Source: Eutreptiella sp. 'Long Island Sound 2002' (taxonomy: Eukaryota > Protista > Euglenida). Taken from it: DNA of 64,000 bases. The notes below the pieces were generated by a model. The model worked only from the letters and a program-made list of their open reading frames with translations, ran no database searches and was not told the origin of the DNA. Below are positions 1 to 11,716 of the stretch, piece after piece (position 1 is the first letter of the stretch; every line of letters begins with the position of its first letter). Made by a program: the position numbers and the translations under genes. The stretch is taken from the NCBI GenBank assembly GCA_964036045.1, contig OZ038378.1, positions 180,792,001-180,856,000 on the forward strand. Reading direction: 5' to 3'.

Positions 1-221
1 GTGGTGGATAGATGGTTGTATGAGCCACATGTCCCATTCAGCTCCTTTGGTGCAGGGTACTTGAGCAAGACTGCTTCATCGGCGAAGTACTGGGGCCTGA
101 TGTTGTGTTGCGTGCACCTGTGGGCCACCCCTGTGTAGGCCCGATGCATGTCGGTGGCATTTCGTGGGCCCATGCCCGTTGTGCGGGTGGCGTGCACCCT
201 GAGGTTCTGGAGCGTGCTGGC
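1..221 (-). CDS. Giant modular protein, exon Q (17th recognised; runs off window edge)
   Basis: Acceptor CCGCACAG|GCC at 222/221, phase 0 matching the preceding donor. Frame is open to position 1 (ASTLQNLRVH...RPQYFADEAVLLKYPAPKELNGDMWLIQ). Confidence 0.6.
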
Positions 222-412
222 CTGTGCGGCACCGGGACCCAGGGTCGCCAGGCCGTGCCAACGTATGTTGCGTGGCGTGGTTAGTGTGCGCGTGTGTGTG
301 CGCGTTGTGTGTTGTGTGTGTTGAAAAGGGGCGCGCCAATGTATGCGCCCGTGCGTGCAGGGACACCAAGCCAGAACACCGACACGCGGTCAATGACGTT
401 ACGGCCCCAAAC

Positions 413-787
413 CTGGAACTCCCACGATGTTGTGTTATACAATCGCAGTGGTTTGCCGGGCTCGGGCACCACGGCCCATGGACAGTTTGGGTCGGCCCCG
501 ACGATCGTCGCAGGGGACGCCCACCACACCCATGGGGAGCTGGGTTCGCCCCGCGGTCGTGCCAAGCGATAATCGTAGAGGAAAGACCCCAGCTGCGAGA
601 CGCAAACCAAAAACCCGTTGAACACCCGAAAACGATCCCCGCAATCGAATCTGAAAACGAAGGTCCCGTCGTTTGTATACTGCTCCCAGTGGGTTTCGGT
701 GGTGTGGAGGAACAAGTACTGGGAATCTGGGGAGAACTGGTGGACCACGTTCGAGAAATCGCCCACGGTACCAACACGAGTGTGGAC
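413..787 (-). CDS. Giant modular protein, exon P (beta-propeller-like FSPDSQYL motif)
   Basis: Acceptor CTCACAG|GTC and donor TTCCAG|GTTTGG; 375 nt, phase 0-0. Encodes VHTRVGTVGDFSNVVHQFSPDSQYLFLH...WEFQ. Confidence 0.75.
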
Positions 788-968
788 CTGTGAGGGTTCG
801 GGTGCAGGGGGGTGAGAACATTAGGGTAGGGTTGTTCGCGTGCCGATGTGGGACGGAGCGCCATAACAATGAACAAAAAATGCAAACTGCAGGGATCACT
901 CCGATGGGGGAGCCTTCACTCCGTTCTCTCACAACCCTTTGCCTGTCTCAAATATGCGGAGAGAAGTA

Positions 969-1041
969 CGCCCCAGACTGGGATCGAACCAGCGACCTTG
1001 CGGTTAACAGCCGCACGCTCTGCCGATTGAGCTACCAGGGC
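969..1041 (-). tRNA. tRNA-Asn (GTT), intronic
   Basis: Full 73-nt cloverleaf: acceptor GCCCTGG/CTGGGGC (two G-U pairs), D stem GCTC/GAGC, anticodon stem TGCGG/CCGCA with loop CTGTTAA, variable loop AGGTC, T arm GCTGG-TTCGATC-CCAGT, discriminator G. Confidence 0.93.
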
Positions 1042-1450
1042 TTCTGTGCCCAGAGCGTTGGGCACTGAAACATTGCCTGTAACACAAAAATTCAACTGTC
1101 ACGCTACACCACACATCTCCCAAAACACACATTCTCCATGCCATGCCGAAAGCTACACAATTTGTCTCACGTCCAAACGTCCATGCCACCATCGTTGTAA
1201 ACGTCGACTACAGCTTCGACGTTGTTTCACCTATTCTATGCCTGAGCAACAAGAGCAAGGGGGAAAGCTACGGGGAGAGCTGCACTCACTGCCCTGTGTC
1301 TGTAATGGAATGAGAATATGGCAACTTTACAGTCACGCTCGTGGTCACATGATAGCTCGTTTCAGCCTCTGTTTTTTTGGTGTTATTGTGATTTGGAGCG
1401 CACTTGGCACAAATGCCTGCCAAAGCAGGCGCCCAGGGTCAGGTGCACAC

Positions 1451-1536
1451 CATTGGAAGGGCCTTCTTCTCTTTGTGTCGCAACCGGTTCCCATTCAAGG
1501 TCAGGTTGACGTTGCCCAAAAACGCAATAAAAAGCC
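1451..1536 (-). CDS. Giant modular protein, small exon O (tentative)
   Basis: Acceptor CCTGCAG|GG (phase 1) and donor AATG|GTGTGC (phase 0) bridge exon N to exon P in frame (GLFIAFLGNVNLTLNGNRLRHKEKKALPM). Alternative junctions exist. Confidence 0.45.
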
Positions 1537-1722
1537 CTGCAGGTGTACTGCAGATTGCTGTATGGGTGCGGAAAGGCATATTATCATTGGGCACTGTAGC
1601 TATTCTGCCCGCTGTATTCCGCTTTTCTCTGATAGTAGGCGTGGCCCAGTGTGCCCATAAAACTGGATGTGTTACAGAGCAATAAGCTCGCCAAGATTCT
1701 TTTTGTACCCCTCCGATTGTAC

Positions 1723-2019
1723 CAGGTATAAAGTGCATCAGGTGGGTGACGTGCGTTAGGCTGTGGGTTGTGTTCAGCTCCCAGGGCCCTCCCGTCCATT
1801 GAGGGTACATCCGGTGGGAAATGCGACCCCTCCCCTGGCAGGCGAGGACCTCCGTGTTGCGGAAGATGCTGTTGGTCCAGGGCAGAATGGTCAAGTTGCC
1901 AACGATTCGTTGGGCCGCGACATCGAAGAGGAAGGCACGGTGCACCCCGACCTCCACCATCGCCGTGACAACGCTCAGATACTGTCCATTGGCGCTGAAC
2001 TTCATCGAGAACACTGCCC
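1723..2019 (-). CDS. Giant modular protein, exon N (beta-propeller-like FSANGQYL motif)
   Basis: Acceptor ATCTTAG|GG (phase 1), donor CCTG|GTACAA. Encodes GAVFSMKFSANGQYLSVVTAMVEVGVHRAFLFDVAAQRIVGNLTILPW. Confidence 0.72.
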
Positions 2020-2892
2020 CTAAGATCCGTATGCAACAGAACAAACCGAACCCAGGTCGTTCACCGAACCGCCGCCCATGCGCATGCGGAACGAAATGCA
2101 GAGTCGAAGATGGGGCTTCATTTTGTGGACCAGGCGGGTCGCTTTGCTGTTCATGCCTGTTTGTAAGGGCGTGTTGCCTCAACACACGTGGCACAGGGGG
2201 CGCGCGCGGGGATGGGTTGGGGATCGCGGGCGGAGGTCCGCAGGCGGGGATCACGGGCAGGGGACACAGGCGGGGCTTGCGGGCGGGGGTCGCGCAGGGG
2301 TTGCGGGCCGGGCGCAGACGAGTTCTTTTTTTTATCTTTTTACAGGTATTCCCCCGAAAGAAACGCGCTGCGGTTTATGGGAAACGCCACATACCCCCTT
2401 TAGGAGCACAATCGCGCAAATTTGCCCCGTGGGTTGAATTCCATTTCAATTTCTTGTGAAATACTTGTTTTGTGCAAGTTCAAGTTGTCCCACTCTCTTG
2501 CAGAACAGTTGCTGCAAATGTCCTGCTGCCGCTGACCTCAGTACGTTGACAGGATACTTCCATTGGTTAGACTTGGCTAGGCCGTGGTATGCCATGAAGC
2601 ATGGACCGAAGCATGGCCCTTTCAGAGCAACATCACCTGCCTACTCCTTTATGCAATTGGCACACGAATATGTAATGTCAAAAACTGTTGTGTCCAACAG
2701 GCCCCACTCACTGCCACACGCAACCGTCACCTTCTTCAAAAAAATGGGCCATCATGTTACCCGTCACAGCTATTGAACAATCCTGGAGGGGCAGGTTTGA
2801 TAACTTTGGCACATGCAAGAGGCTGAGATAATGTGCTGTTGGGGACACACAGACACACACAACAGCGGTGTGGTGCATGCCGCAAAGCTGAC

Positions 2893-3020
2893 CTTGGTCA
2901 AATTGATCGATCTTGAGTGTGATCTGCTGTCTGCCAGTCTCTGGGTGGGATGGCACTGAACTCCGAACCACTGACCTGGTGCCTGGTGCTAGCTTGTTGT
3001 GTGTGGCATACCTCCCATCC
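2893..3020 (-). CDS. Giant modular protein, exon M
   Basis: Acceptor TTCCACAG|G (phase 2), donor CAAG|GTCAGC (phase 1); both phases fit the flanking exons. Encodes DGRYATHNKL...ITLKIDQFDQ. Confidence 0.55.
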
Positions 3021-3340
3021 CTGTGGAATAATGAACCCAAGCTGGGCTACGACATGTCTACGGGTGTTAGACTGCCAGACCCTCAGACTGCTTTTGTTTT
3101 GCCTTCATTTTGTACGATCGTCAATTATCCATCTGAAGTTGTGTTCCTGTTACTATTGTCAGTTATCACGGTTATCATACATCTATCTCTTGGCTGAGCA
3201 GAAAAATGCCCAGTGCCATCTGGTGCTTGCCCAGGATCTACCAAGCCCTTGGACGGATCCCGAACGTGACTGGCCCCACAAAAGTAAACACCAAATCCCA
3301 AACACCTGAGATTCGCTCATGGCACGACTTTGGGATGTAC

Positions 3341-3582
3341 CGCAACTGCGAAGGGAAATGCAGCGTTGAGGGCTGCCAAAGCTCGTCCCTTGGGGCATCC
3401 ATTGACACAACCCCTTCGGGGTCGATCTGAGCGTCGTAGCTCTGACCATCGTCGGTTGTAAGGCGGAAGGAAACTATTTCCTCTGGCGCAAATTCCGCTG
3501 GGAGCGTCGCGACAACAGACCATAATTTGCGGGTGATGCACATGGGACTGGGCATCGTCTCGTTTGAAATGCGCTTCACTAC
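3341..3582 (-). CDS. Giant modular protein, exon L
   Basis: Acceptor TTTCACAG|GTA (phase 0). Donor TGCG|GTACAT (phase 2) chosen to match exon M; another donor lies at 3306. Encodes VVKRISNETMPSPMCITRKLWSVV...WQPSTLHFPSQL. Confidence 0.65.
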
Positions 3583-4509
3583 CTGTGAAACGGTGTAGTG
3601 GTGTGGAGGGGGGGGCAACAAAACTTGCGCAGGGGGGGGGGGGGGGATGACACATGTGTGTTGTTGTTTGTAGCTGGCGACGCCAATTGGCCGATTGCCA
3701 CTTACCGCTGCCATTCCCTTGAACCCTTTGCCTCCATAGGCGGCGGTGCCCATTGGCCTCTCACCACCTTGTGCCCTCCCTCTCCCTCCTTAGCCTATCC
3801 CAACCACTCTACTCCCCCTTCCTTTCCCTTGGTAGGTTGTGCCAACGGAGCCCCCGGACTTTCCCTGTTTCATTGCTCTGTGTCAGGTCCATACACACCC
3901 CTTGGCAAAGCCTCGGGGGTTTCAAGCACCCCTTGGCACCAATTACGTAGAGTCTCGGCCTTTTAGGCCCTGCAGCCCCCCCGGCCCCGAAAGCCAAGCC
4001 TCGGGGGTTTCAGGAGGTTTTGAGAGGAGGGCAACTGCCCTTGTCGTTGGCCACTGCCCTCTACTGGCGGTGGGGAATCCGTCCCCAACGGTGGCTTTTG
4101 GGCCCTAGGATGTCCACTTGCAGGGTCACTTCCGTGGCGTGGGCACATAACAACCTGCCGCATGTCCATTCCTGCGCTTAGTCCTCCTTGTGGTGAGCGC
4201 CCCATGCCCCCCCCCAACCCCCTCTTGTGTCCGTGGTGTGCGTATTGTGTCTCCATTCCCTCGTTTGGCATGGGTGCCTCTGGTGTGGTGGGTGGTGGGT
4301 GGCGTAGGGTGATGGGTTGGGATGGGTTAGATGGGTGGTGATGGTGTGCTGGTAGGGTAATGCGTGGGAATCACTGTGGTAGGAGCTGTGGGTTGGTCCA
4401 CTTGCATCTGCAAACCCACCTCATCCAACAGTTGTTGGGATACAACGGAGCACGTCCGTGTATGTGATGTTCCTTGCTATGGCGGCCCCACCCATTTGGT
4501 TGGCTTGCC

Positions 4510-7500
4510 GCCGTTCCACACAATGCATAAATGGGTTGGGAAGTGATCCCAGGAGTATGTATCACCCCAAGGGTGCCCAATGCAATCCATGGCATTCAAA
4601 CACAGCACCTCCCCCCCCAGACCCCCCACCCCTTTTCGCACTGCGATTCCTAAAATTGCCTATTTCAAGTTCGGTACTTGGAGGAGCCTTTTTGGACCCA
4701 TTTGGGGCCATGCAAGCCCTGAAAAACCCCCTGAAATGGGCAATTTTGGGATTTGCCATGCAACAAAGGGGGGTCCATAGGGAATGTGGGGGGAGGTGGT
4801 ATAGGGGGGAGGTGCAGGAGGGTGTCTCTCAAGTGAGCAAAGTCAGCGAGGAAGTGTTTCGTGGGCGGTATAAGGGGCGAAGTGGTGGGAATCCTTCTTG
4901 GTGTCCCTCAGCATGCATCTTTATTTGGCCCGGTAGCTGATATTCCCTCCCCCACCAACTCAGTCCCAATATTCAATCTTGATTGGGGTTTGGGTTCCCA
5001 AGTTGGTGGATCCAGTGTTCCATTTAGTGTCTTGGTCGGACCTTCGAGGTCTGCAGCAGCAAGCAAGCAAGCAAGCAAGCAAGCAAGTAGTAGCAAGGAT
5101 GATTCTGTGGCATTTAGGGCCGAAAAAGAGGTTGTTGAGGCCACTAAATGGGTGCAAAACCAATTTCAAGGTGACCAGAAGTGGTTGTTCATCATCAAAA
5201 ATGGTTCCTATGCTAATGGCCCCCTCCATGGACATCCTAGGCACCCTAACTGCCCCAAAAAGGGCTCTTTTTTTTTTTTTTTGCCATTTTTGACACATTT
5301 TTTAAGCCGACCACTTGTGACACCTATTCCCGCCTACCACCGTTGAGTTTCTTGCTCAAAATGTGTGTGATTGTCCTTCACACCCCTAGGTATCATCCAC
5401 CAAAACTGGGATTGCATCCGAAGCACCATGACAGAGTTGTGATTTTTGCCCAGTTCGTGCATGCTTGCTTTACGCTTGCTTGCTAAAATTGGTAGGTCCA
5501 CCCTAGACACTAAAGAGGGTTATAAAACCAAAATTGGTTCCACCAGCTAGGTTACCCTAATCAAGACTGACTATTGGGACCGAGCTGGTGGGGGTGGGAA
5601 CATTAGCTACGGGGCTGAATAAGGATGCATGTTGAGGGACACCATGAATGGTTCCCGCTTCTTCCCTATGGCGCCCTCGAAACCCTTCCTCGCTCGCTTG
5701 GTTGGTTGGAGAGACATGCCACCTCAACACTCCTCCCGCACCCCTCACCTATCACCCTTCCCCCTGTGTTCCCCCTATGACCCCTTCTGCTGCACTATCA
5801 GCCCCAAAATTGCACATTTTAAGGGTTTTTTGGAGCTTGCATGGGCACACATGGGTCCAAGATGGCTCACAATGGCCTTAATAGCCACTGTGTTGAGCAC
5901 TCCAAGCGGCGCAGCAACAGCTTTGGAAAAAATCATTTTGGACCGCTTTTGGACCCACCGGTGACCTCCATAACCCTACCCTAGCACGTGCACCTTGCGC
6001 ACCCCACCACTCCAATGGGCATTGAAGGGTGTTGACTACGCAAAAATAGGTTGGAAGTGATCCCCTCCATCATGATTTATTATCACAAGGGCGCCCAACG
6101 CAATCCATGGCATTCAAATGCTGCACATTGCCCCTGGACGCCCTTCCCCCATACGCACTGCTAGTCCTAAAATTGCCCATTTCAAGGGTTTTTGGGGAAC
6201 TTGACTGGGCTAATATGGGTCAACTACGGCCGAAAATAGCTTGATACCACCCCAAGTGGTCTAGGAACAACCTTGGAAAAAATCAGTTTGGAACACTTTT
6301 GCACCCACAGGTGACCCCCACAATCAGATCCTAGCATGTGCGATGCACCACTCCAAAGGGGCATTGAAGGGTGTTGACTGTGCAAAATTGAGTTGGAAGT
6401 TATCCCCTTCATAACTATTTACCATCACAAGGGTGCCCAACGCAATCCATGGCCTTCAAAAGTAGCACATTCCCCCTAGATCCCCCCCCCCCCCCTATGC
6501 ATTGCACATCCTAAGATCGCCCATTTCAAGGGTTCTTGGGGACCCGGCATGGGCTAATATGGGTCAAATACGGCTCAAAATAGCCTTAGACCACTTGTTT
6601 GAGCTCCCTGAGTGGTCTAAAACTGATTTGGAAAAAATCATGTTTGACCACTTTTTGACCCCCATCTGACCTTGTAACCCTACGCACATTACGCACCCTA
6701 CGTACGCTAGCACGTGCACCGTGCATGCTAGCGGTGACAAAAAGGGCGTTGAAGACAGCACAGAATTAAAAGTTGCAAGTGATACCCTTCATCCTTATGC
6801 ATCACCACAAGGGTGCCCGACAGAATCCATGGCTATCAAAAACAGCACGAGAAGGTGGCACTTGAAAAAGTATGCAAAATATGTGTTTTTCAACGCCGAT
6901 TTTGTGGCATTATGGGCCCACAAAGAGAACGTTCAAGCCACTCAATAGGTGGAAAACATACTAGACAGTGATCAAAGGTGTTTGTTCATCATCTAGGTTG
7001 GTTCCAATGCTAATAGACCCCTCTGATGACATCCTAGGCCCCCAAATTGGCTCAAAAAGGGCATTTTTGTGCCATTTTGACAGCTTTTGAAACCTAGGTC
7101 TCCCACTTGCGACACCCACTCCCGCCCGCCACGGTTGAGTTTCTAGCAACAAAAGTGTGCGATTGTCCCTAACGCCCATATGTATCACCCACCAAAATTT
7201 GGGCTGAATCCGAACAGCGCATTGGTTGCCACCCTCAATAACACACAACTGTCTTTTTGTTCCATTGTTGTTTCTCTCTTGAAAATTGTCTCGTTTTCCC
7301 GAAACTCAACAACCTCTCGCAGGATCTTTAGGCGGGGCACCAATTCGAAACCAATTCCACGATCCAAAGATAAACCCTGTTCAAAAGACATCGAAGTATC
7401 TTACATAACTCGATTGAACAATTCCTTTACATGACGATGTTTCATATCAACATCTGCAGACTCGCGCGTGCTCGATGCGAGATCGCGGAAGATCAAGGAA

Positions 7501-9200
7501 GGTTGGGGCCCAAAAGAGGGGGGAAATGCTACATCACTCCTGCATTCTCGGGGATCCCCAAACGAAGGGGGACAAAATCAGAAGTCAAAACCTCCGCTAG
7601 GGGTCACCATGATGCCCCTAGGGGCCCATAGTATCTCAAAGTATGGGTCTCTAGTACGGCCAGTCGCCCAAATAGTTACACTGCGCGCACACTGCGCTTA
7701 AGGCTCCCCCTAAAGAGGGTTATAAAACCAAAATTGGTTCCAGGAGCTCGGTGAGCCTTACCCTAATCCTAATCAAGATTGAATATTGGGATGGAGCTGG
7801 TGGAGAGGGAATATGAGGCACACAGCAAAATGGACCCAACAAGGGGGGAAATGGTTGAAAGGTAGCTGAAAATGGCTAAAATCCAATGATTTGAGCATCG
7901 CAACTGATTCGGGGTCATTTTTGGAAAACTTGTCTGTGACACTTTTTTGCCCCCCTTTTGGTCCAAAAGCCCCCCCCCCCCCCCCCGGCAACCCCCCCCC
8001 CCCCATATACTGCACTATGAGTCCCCAAATTGGCCATTTCCAGGCTGCTTGGGAAATTGCACGGGCCAACATGGGTCCAAGATGGCTCACAATGGCCCTA
8101 AACCACTTGTTTGAGCACCCCTAGTGGTCTAGGAACAGCTTTGGAAAAAATCATTTTGGACCACTTTTGGACCCAAAGGCAACCTCCATAACCCTACCCT
8201 AGCACGTGCATTGTGGGTGACATTTCCCTTGAAATGGGCAATTCAGTTACTCACATCGCAGTACAGAGGGGTCCAAAGGGAAATGCGGGAATTTGGGGTG
8301 TTTGAGTGCCTAGCATGCCCATGGAGGGGGCTATTTGCATTGGAACCAGCCTAGATGATGAACAAACATGTTTGACCACTGTGTGGTGCGTTTTGCACCC
8401 AAGTAGTGGGCTCAACGACCTTTTTCTGGGCCCAAAATACTGCAAAATAAGCCTTGAAAAGCACCTATTTTGCCCACTTTTTGAAGTACCATCTTGTTGG
8501 TTTGATTGCCATGAATTGTGTCGGGCACCGTTGTAGCGATAACTAATGATGAAGGGATCACTTGCAACATCAACACCCTTCAAGGCCCTATCAACAACAC
8601 GGAGTGGTGGAGTTATCTGCGTGAAATTAGGTTGCAAGTGATGCCTCCATCATCTTTTATCACCACAAGGGTGCACAACGCAATCCACAACAGTCAAACA
8701 CAGCGCCAAATGGTGGAACTCAAAAAAGTATGCAGAAAGGGCGCTTTTCAAGGATGATTTTGCGGCATTTGGGCCCAAAAAGAGGTTGTTGAGCCCACTA
8801 ACTGGGTGCAAAACCCGTCAAATGGTGCTCAAAGGTGTTTGTTCATCATAGGCTGGTTCCAATGCTAACGGCCCCTTCCAAGGACAAGCTAGACACACAA
8901 ACTGCCTAAAAGGGGGGCATGTTTCGCTTATTTCTGACAGTTTTTGAAAACTGGGTCCGCCATTTGCAACCCTTGTTCTTGGCTGCCACCCTTGAGTTTC
9001 TTGCTCATACTTTGTGTGATTGTCCCTCACACTCATAGGTATCATCCACCAAAATTTCGCTGAATCTGGAGCACCATGACACAGTCGTGATTTTTGCCCA
9101 TTTCGCGTGTGCGTGCTTGCTGCTGCCAAACCTTGTAGGTCCACCCTAGACACCAAAAAGGGTTATAAAACCAAGACTGGATCCACCAACTGGTGACCCT
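4510..9200. repeat. Composite nested repeat region: two modules in direct and inverted copies
   Basis: Module A (CACAAGGGTGCCCAACGCAATCCATGGC core) near 4565, 6085, 6425, 6805 and 8660. Module B (GTTCATCATC...GGTTCC.ATGCTAA...GGGTTATAAAACCAA) at about 5115-5590, 6900-7240, 7710-7810 and 8770-9200, with inverted pieces at about 4950-5090 and 8290-8440. (GCAA)n tract at about 5058-5085. Confidence 0.8.
5803..6850. repeat. Degenerate tandem array of ~350-bp units (3 copies)
   Basis: AAAATTGCCCATTTCAAGGG-like motif recurs at about 5805, 6169 and 6513, each followed by colinear TTTGGAAAAAATCA, GGCATTGAAGGGTGTTGACT and CACAAGGGTGCCC blocks. Confidence 0.8.
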
Positions 9201-9852
9201 AGCCCTATTGCAAGGGGGGCACAAAAACATTTTACAGCTACAAGATGCAGAAGTATACGCTGGGCTGGTCAAAGCACACACATGCCTTTTTTTGTCTTTT
9301 CCGCCACTCCCGCCAAAGATCTGGGGCCATGAGTTGATGTTGGGGCCCCAAATACATGGAAGGGACATTGCTTTGTGACACAACATTAGAATCCTTTTTG
9401 GCCCCTATGGGATGGGGGGGTCTGAGTGTGTATTTCGCTTAGCCCACTTTATAAGGGGGTTGGGCATCGCGACTCCTGAGGAGGAGCCCCGGGCGCCCCC
9501 AGTCCTCAGTTTTTTCTTTTCCCCCCTCCCCTCCTTGGATCGTCCAAAGAAGGGTGTAACACCTGCCAGACACTAATTTCTGTCACAAAAAGCCCCACCC
9601 CTCCGGAGTTGTACCAAAAAATTCATCGGACGCGGCCGGCACTTAAGGGGTCTCCGGTCAAAACAAAAAAGTAGTCAGTTTGGCCCAAACATGGGTCCTG
9701 TCACAGGTGTCAATTTCCCAACCCCCCCCCCCCACCCTTTTTCAGGCGACAGCTGTGATCCCCCTGGGCGCAAGCCAATTTTCCACCTCCCCAACATCAC
9801 CACTGCCGCTGCAGCAGCAGCAGCAGATTGTTGTGTACACAAAGCCTGGTAC

Positions 9853-10728
9853 CTCCACACTGCCATAGACCCAGATCTGCATGTTCTCCAGCATGTACTG
9901 CAAGTGCTGGGTGCGACTGCTCGCGCCTGTGGCTCCCAGCGTCCCAAAGCGGCACTGATAAATCGCCATCTGTGGCCAGTGTATTGCGGGATCCGCGCAG
10001 ACGTTGGGAAGTGAGAATCGTGTGACGTTCCACTTGCGATGCCCCTGCGCCACGCAGCACGAGCGAGGGAGGGCACCGCTGCTTCCTAGCCTCTCAAAAC
10101 CAAAACCGGGGCTCCAGCTCATGTCCCGCGTCCAGATAATGCACACTCGGCCCGCTGGCATGCTCAGGACTGGGCAGATGATGCCATCCAAATAGAAGCG
10201 CCAGCCACTGCACTTGGCTGCCGTGCTGCAGACCGCGCGGCACTGGTGCGCTGCAAGCGCCCCGGTGCCAAAGCTACGGACGGAAGCCGCTTGGGCCGCA
10301 CAACTGCGGGGTGCGAAGTCAGTTTCCAGGACTGGCAGGTCTTGGGACATGGCGGAGTAGCACTCCCAGCAGCTGGGCCCACCAGATGCCAGGCGCAGCT
10401 CTGGTGAGCCCCGGGCCCAGCGTTGCCATCCGTCAGGCGTGGAGGAGTCAGTTGACAGGAGTGCGTGCACGACGCAAGCGGTGGTGCCAGAGCAGTTGTA
10501 GTAGGAGTAGCCCACACAATCGGTGAGCCTGGCGCAAGCGTCGCGGCACTGCACCCGCGTCCGGTTCAGCGCCACAATGCCCGTTGTGTCCTGGGGCTTG
10601 TGCCCACCGCCTGGGGGGCGTCCTTGACAAGTCCCGGGCCCCAAAAGTTGATACCCGTCAGGCTGGAGCCGGCCCTCACAGATCTCGCAGCCACTGCTGC
10701 CCTGCGTCTCCACTGTGCGGTCGTGCAT
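9853..10728 (-). CDS. Giant modular protein, exon K (two PAN/Apple-like Cys modules)
   Basis: Long pyrimidine tract then CTCAG|ATG; donor GGAG|GTACCA; 876 nt, phase 0-0. Motifs CRDACARLTDCVGYSYYNC and CRAVCSTAAKCSGWRFY fit the C-x3-C-x5-C PAN pattern. Confidence 0.82.
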
Positions 10729-10759
10729 CTGAGTGACGGGTTAGGGGCGACGGCGAAAA

Positions 10760-10845
10760 GGAGACAAAGAGAGGGAGAGGGAGAGGGAGGGGGAGGGGGA
10801 GGAGGAGAAGAGAGGGAGGAGGAGGAGGAGGAAGAGGAAGAGGAG
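10760..10845. repeat. GA/GAG purine microsatellite (CT-rich on the coding strand)
   Basis: GAGGGAGAGGGAGAGGGAGGGGGAGGGGGAGGAGGAGAAGAGAGGGAGGAGGAGGAGGAGGAAGAGGAAGAGG. Confidence 0.9.
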
Positions 10846-11540
10846 CGCCAATGTTGGTCCCACATACGGCGGGCCTCTGCTTCCTCCCTCCTGGGTTCCA
10901 CACTGACCCAAGGAGGGAGTCCTCTGTCTTACCTCCGCCAAAGCAAGACGAATCTGGCTGCACACCTGAGAGCGCTCCTCCTGGCAAACCATCCAGGTCA
11001 CAGCATTGGTGTACAACAACACTACAGTTTGATCCTCTGTCGGGTCCTCTGCTGGCAGTCCTAACAGCCCTAGTCCATCCAAGGTGACTTTCCGGGGACA
11101 GCCAAGAAATGCGGTGCTCCAACGAGGAGGACCAACCCCGGAGGCCAACCACAAGGTATCTCTCGCCCCTGCCATAGCGGATGACCAAGAGGTGGCGGAG
11201 GTCCGGGAAGGAGGTAGAGAGGCTAGTGGGATCGGTAGTGTGCATGGAGGAGAGCATCTTGTGGGCATGAGAGGACATTGTCTCTGGGGGCCTCTTGGAG
11301 ATAAAGGGGACGCGGTTCACAGCAGCAACGCAGGGGCCCTGGACCTCATATCAGGATATGCAGGCTGAACCGGCCCGGGACGCTGCCCCCCCTCCTTGGC
11401 CCCAGCCGCGTCCGTAACCTAATTCTCGAGCTTGTGCGGTTGGAGCACTCCAACTGTGCATGCGGTCTAGCTGGGATGCGTCCATTTGTACCCCAGAGAC
11501 GTTCACAAGTCGGAGCGGAAGACCCACCCGGTGGGCAGGA

Positions 11541-11716
11541 ATCATGGATAATTGGAGGCCGGTAATAGTTAGGTGGTCACCCCATGTGATCAAGCGGTGC
11601 AGAACCACCGTTTGGTATTCTACCAAGGATCATGGATAACCGGAGGCTGGTCATAGTCAGGTGGTCACCCCATGTGATCAAGCCATGCAGAAAAAACTGT
11701 CTCATATTCCACCAAG
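11541..11716. repeat. 88-bp imperfect tandem duplication inside the LINE
   Basis: ATCATGGATAA...GGTGGTCACCCCATGTGATCAAGC starts at 11541 and again at 11629. Confidence 0.85.
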
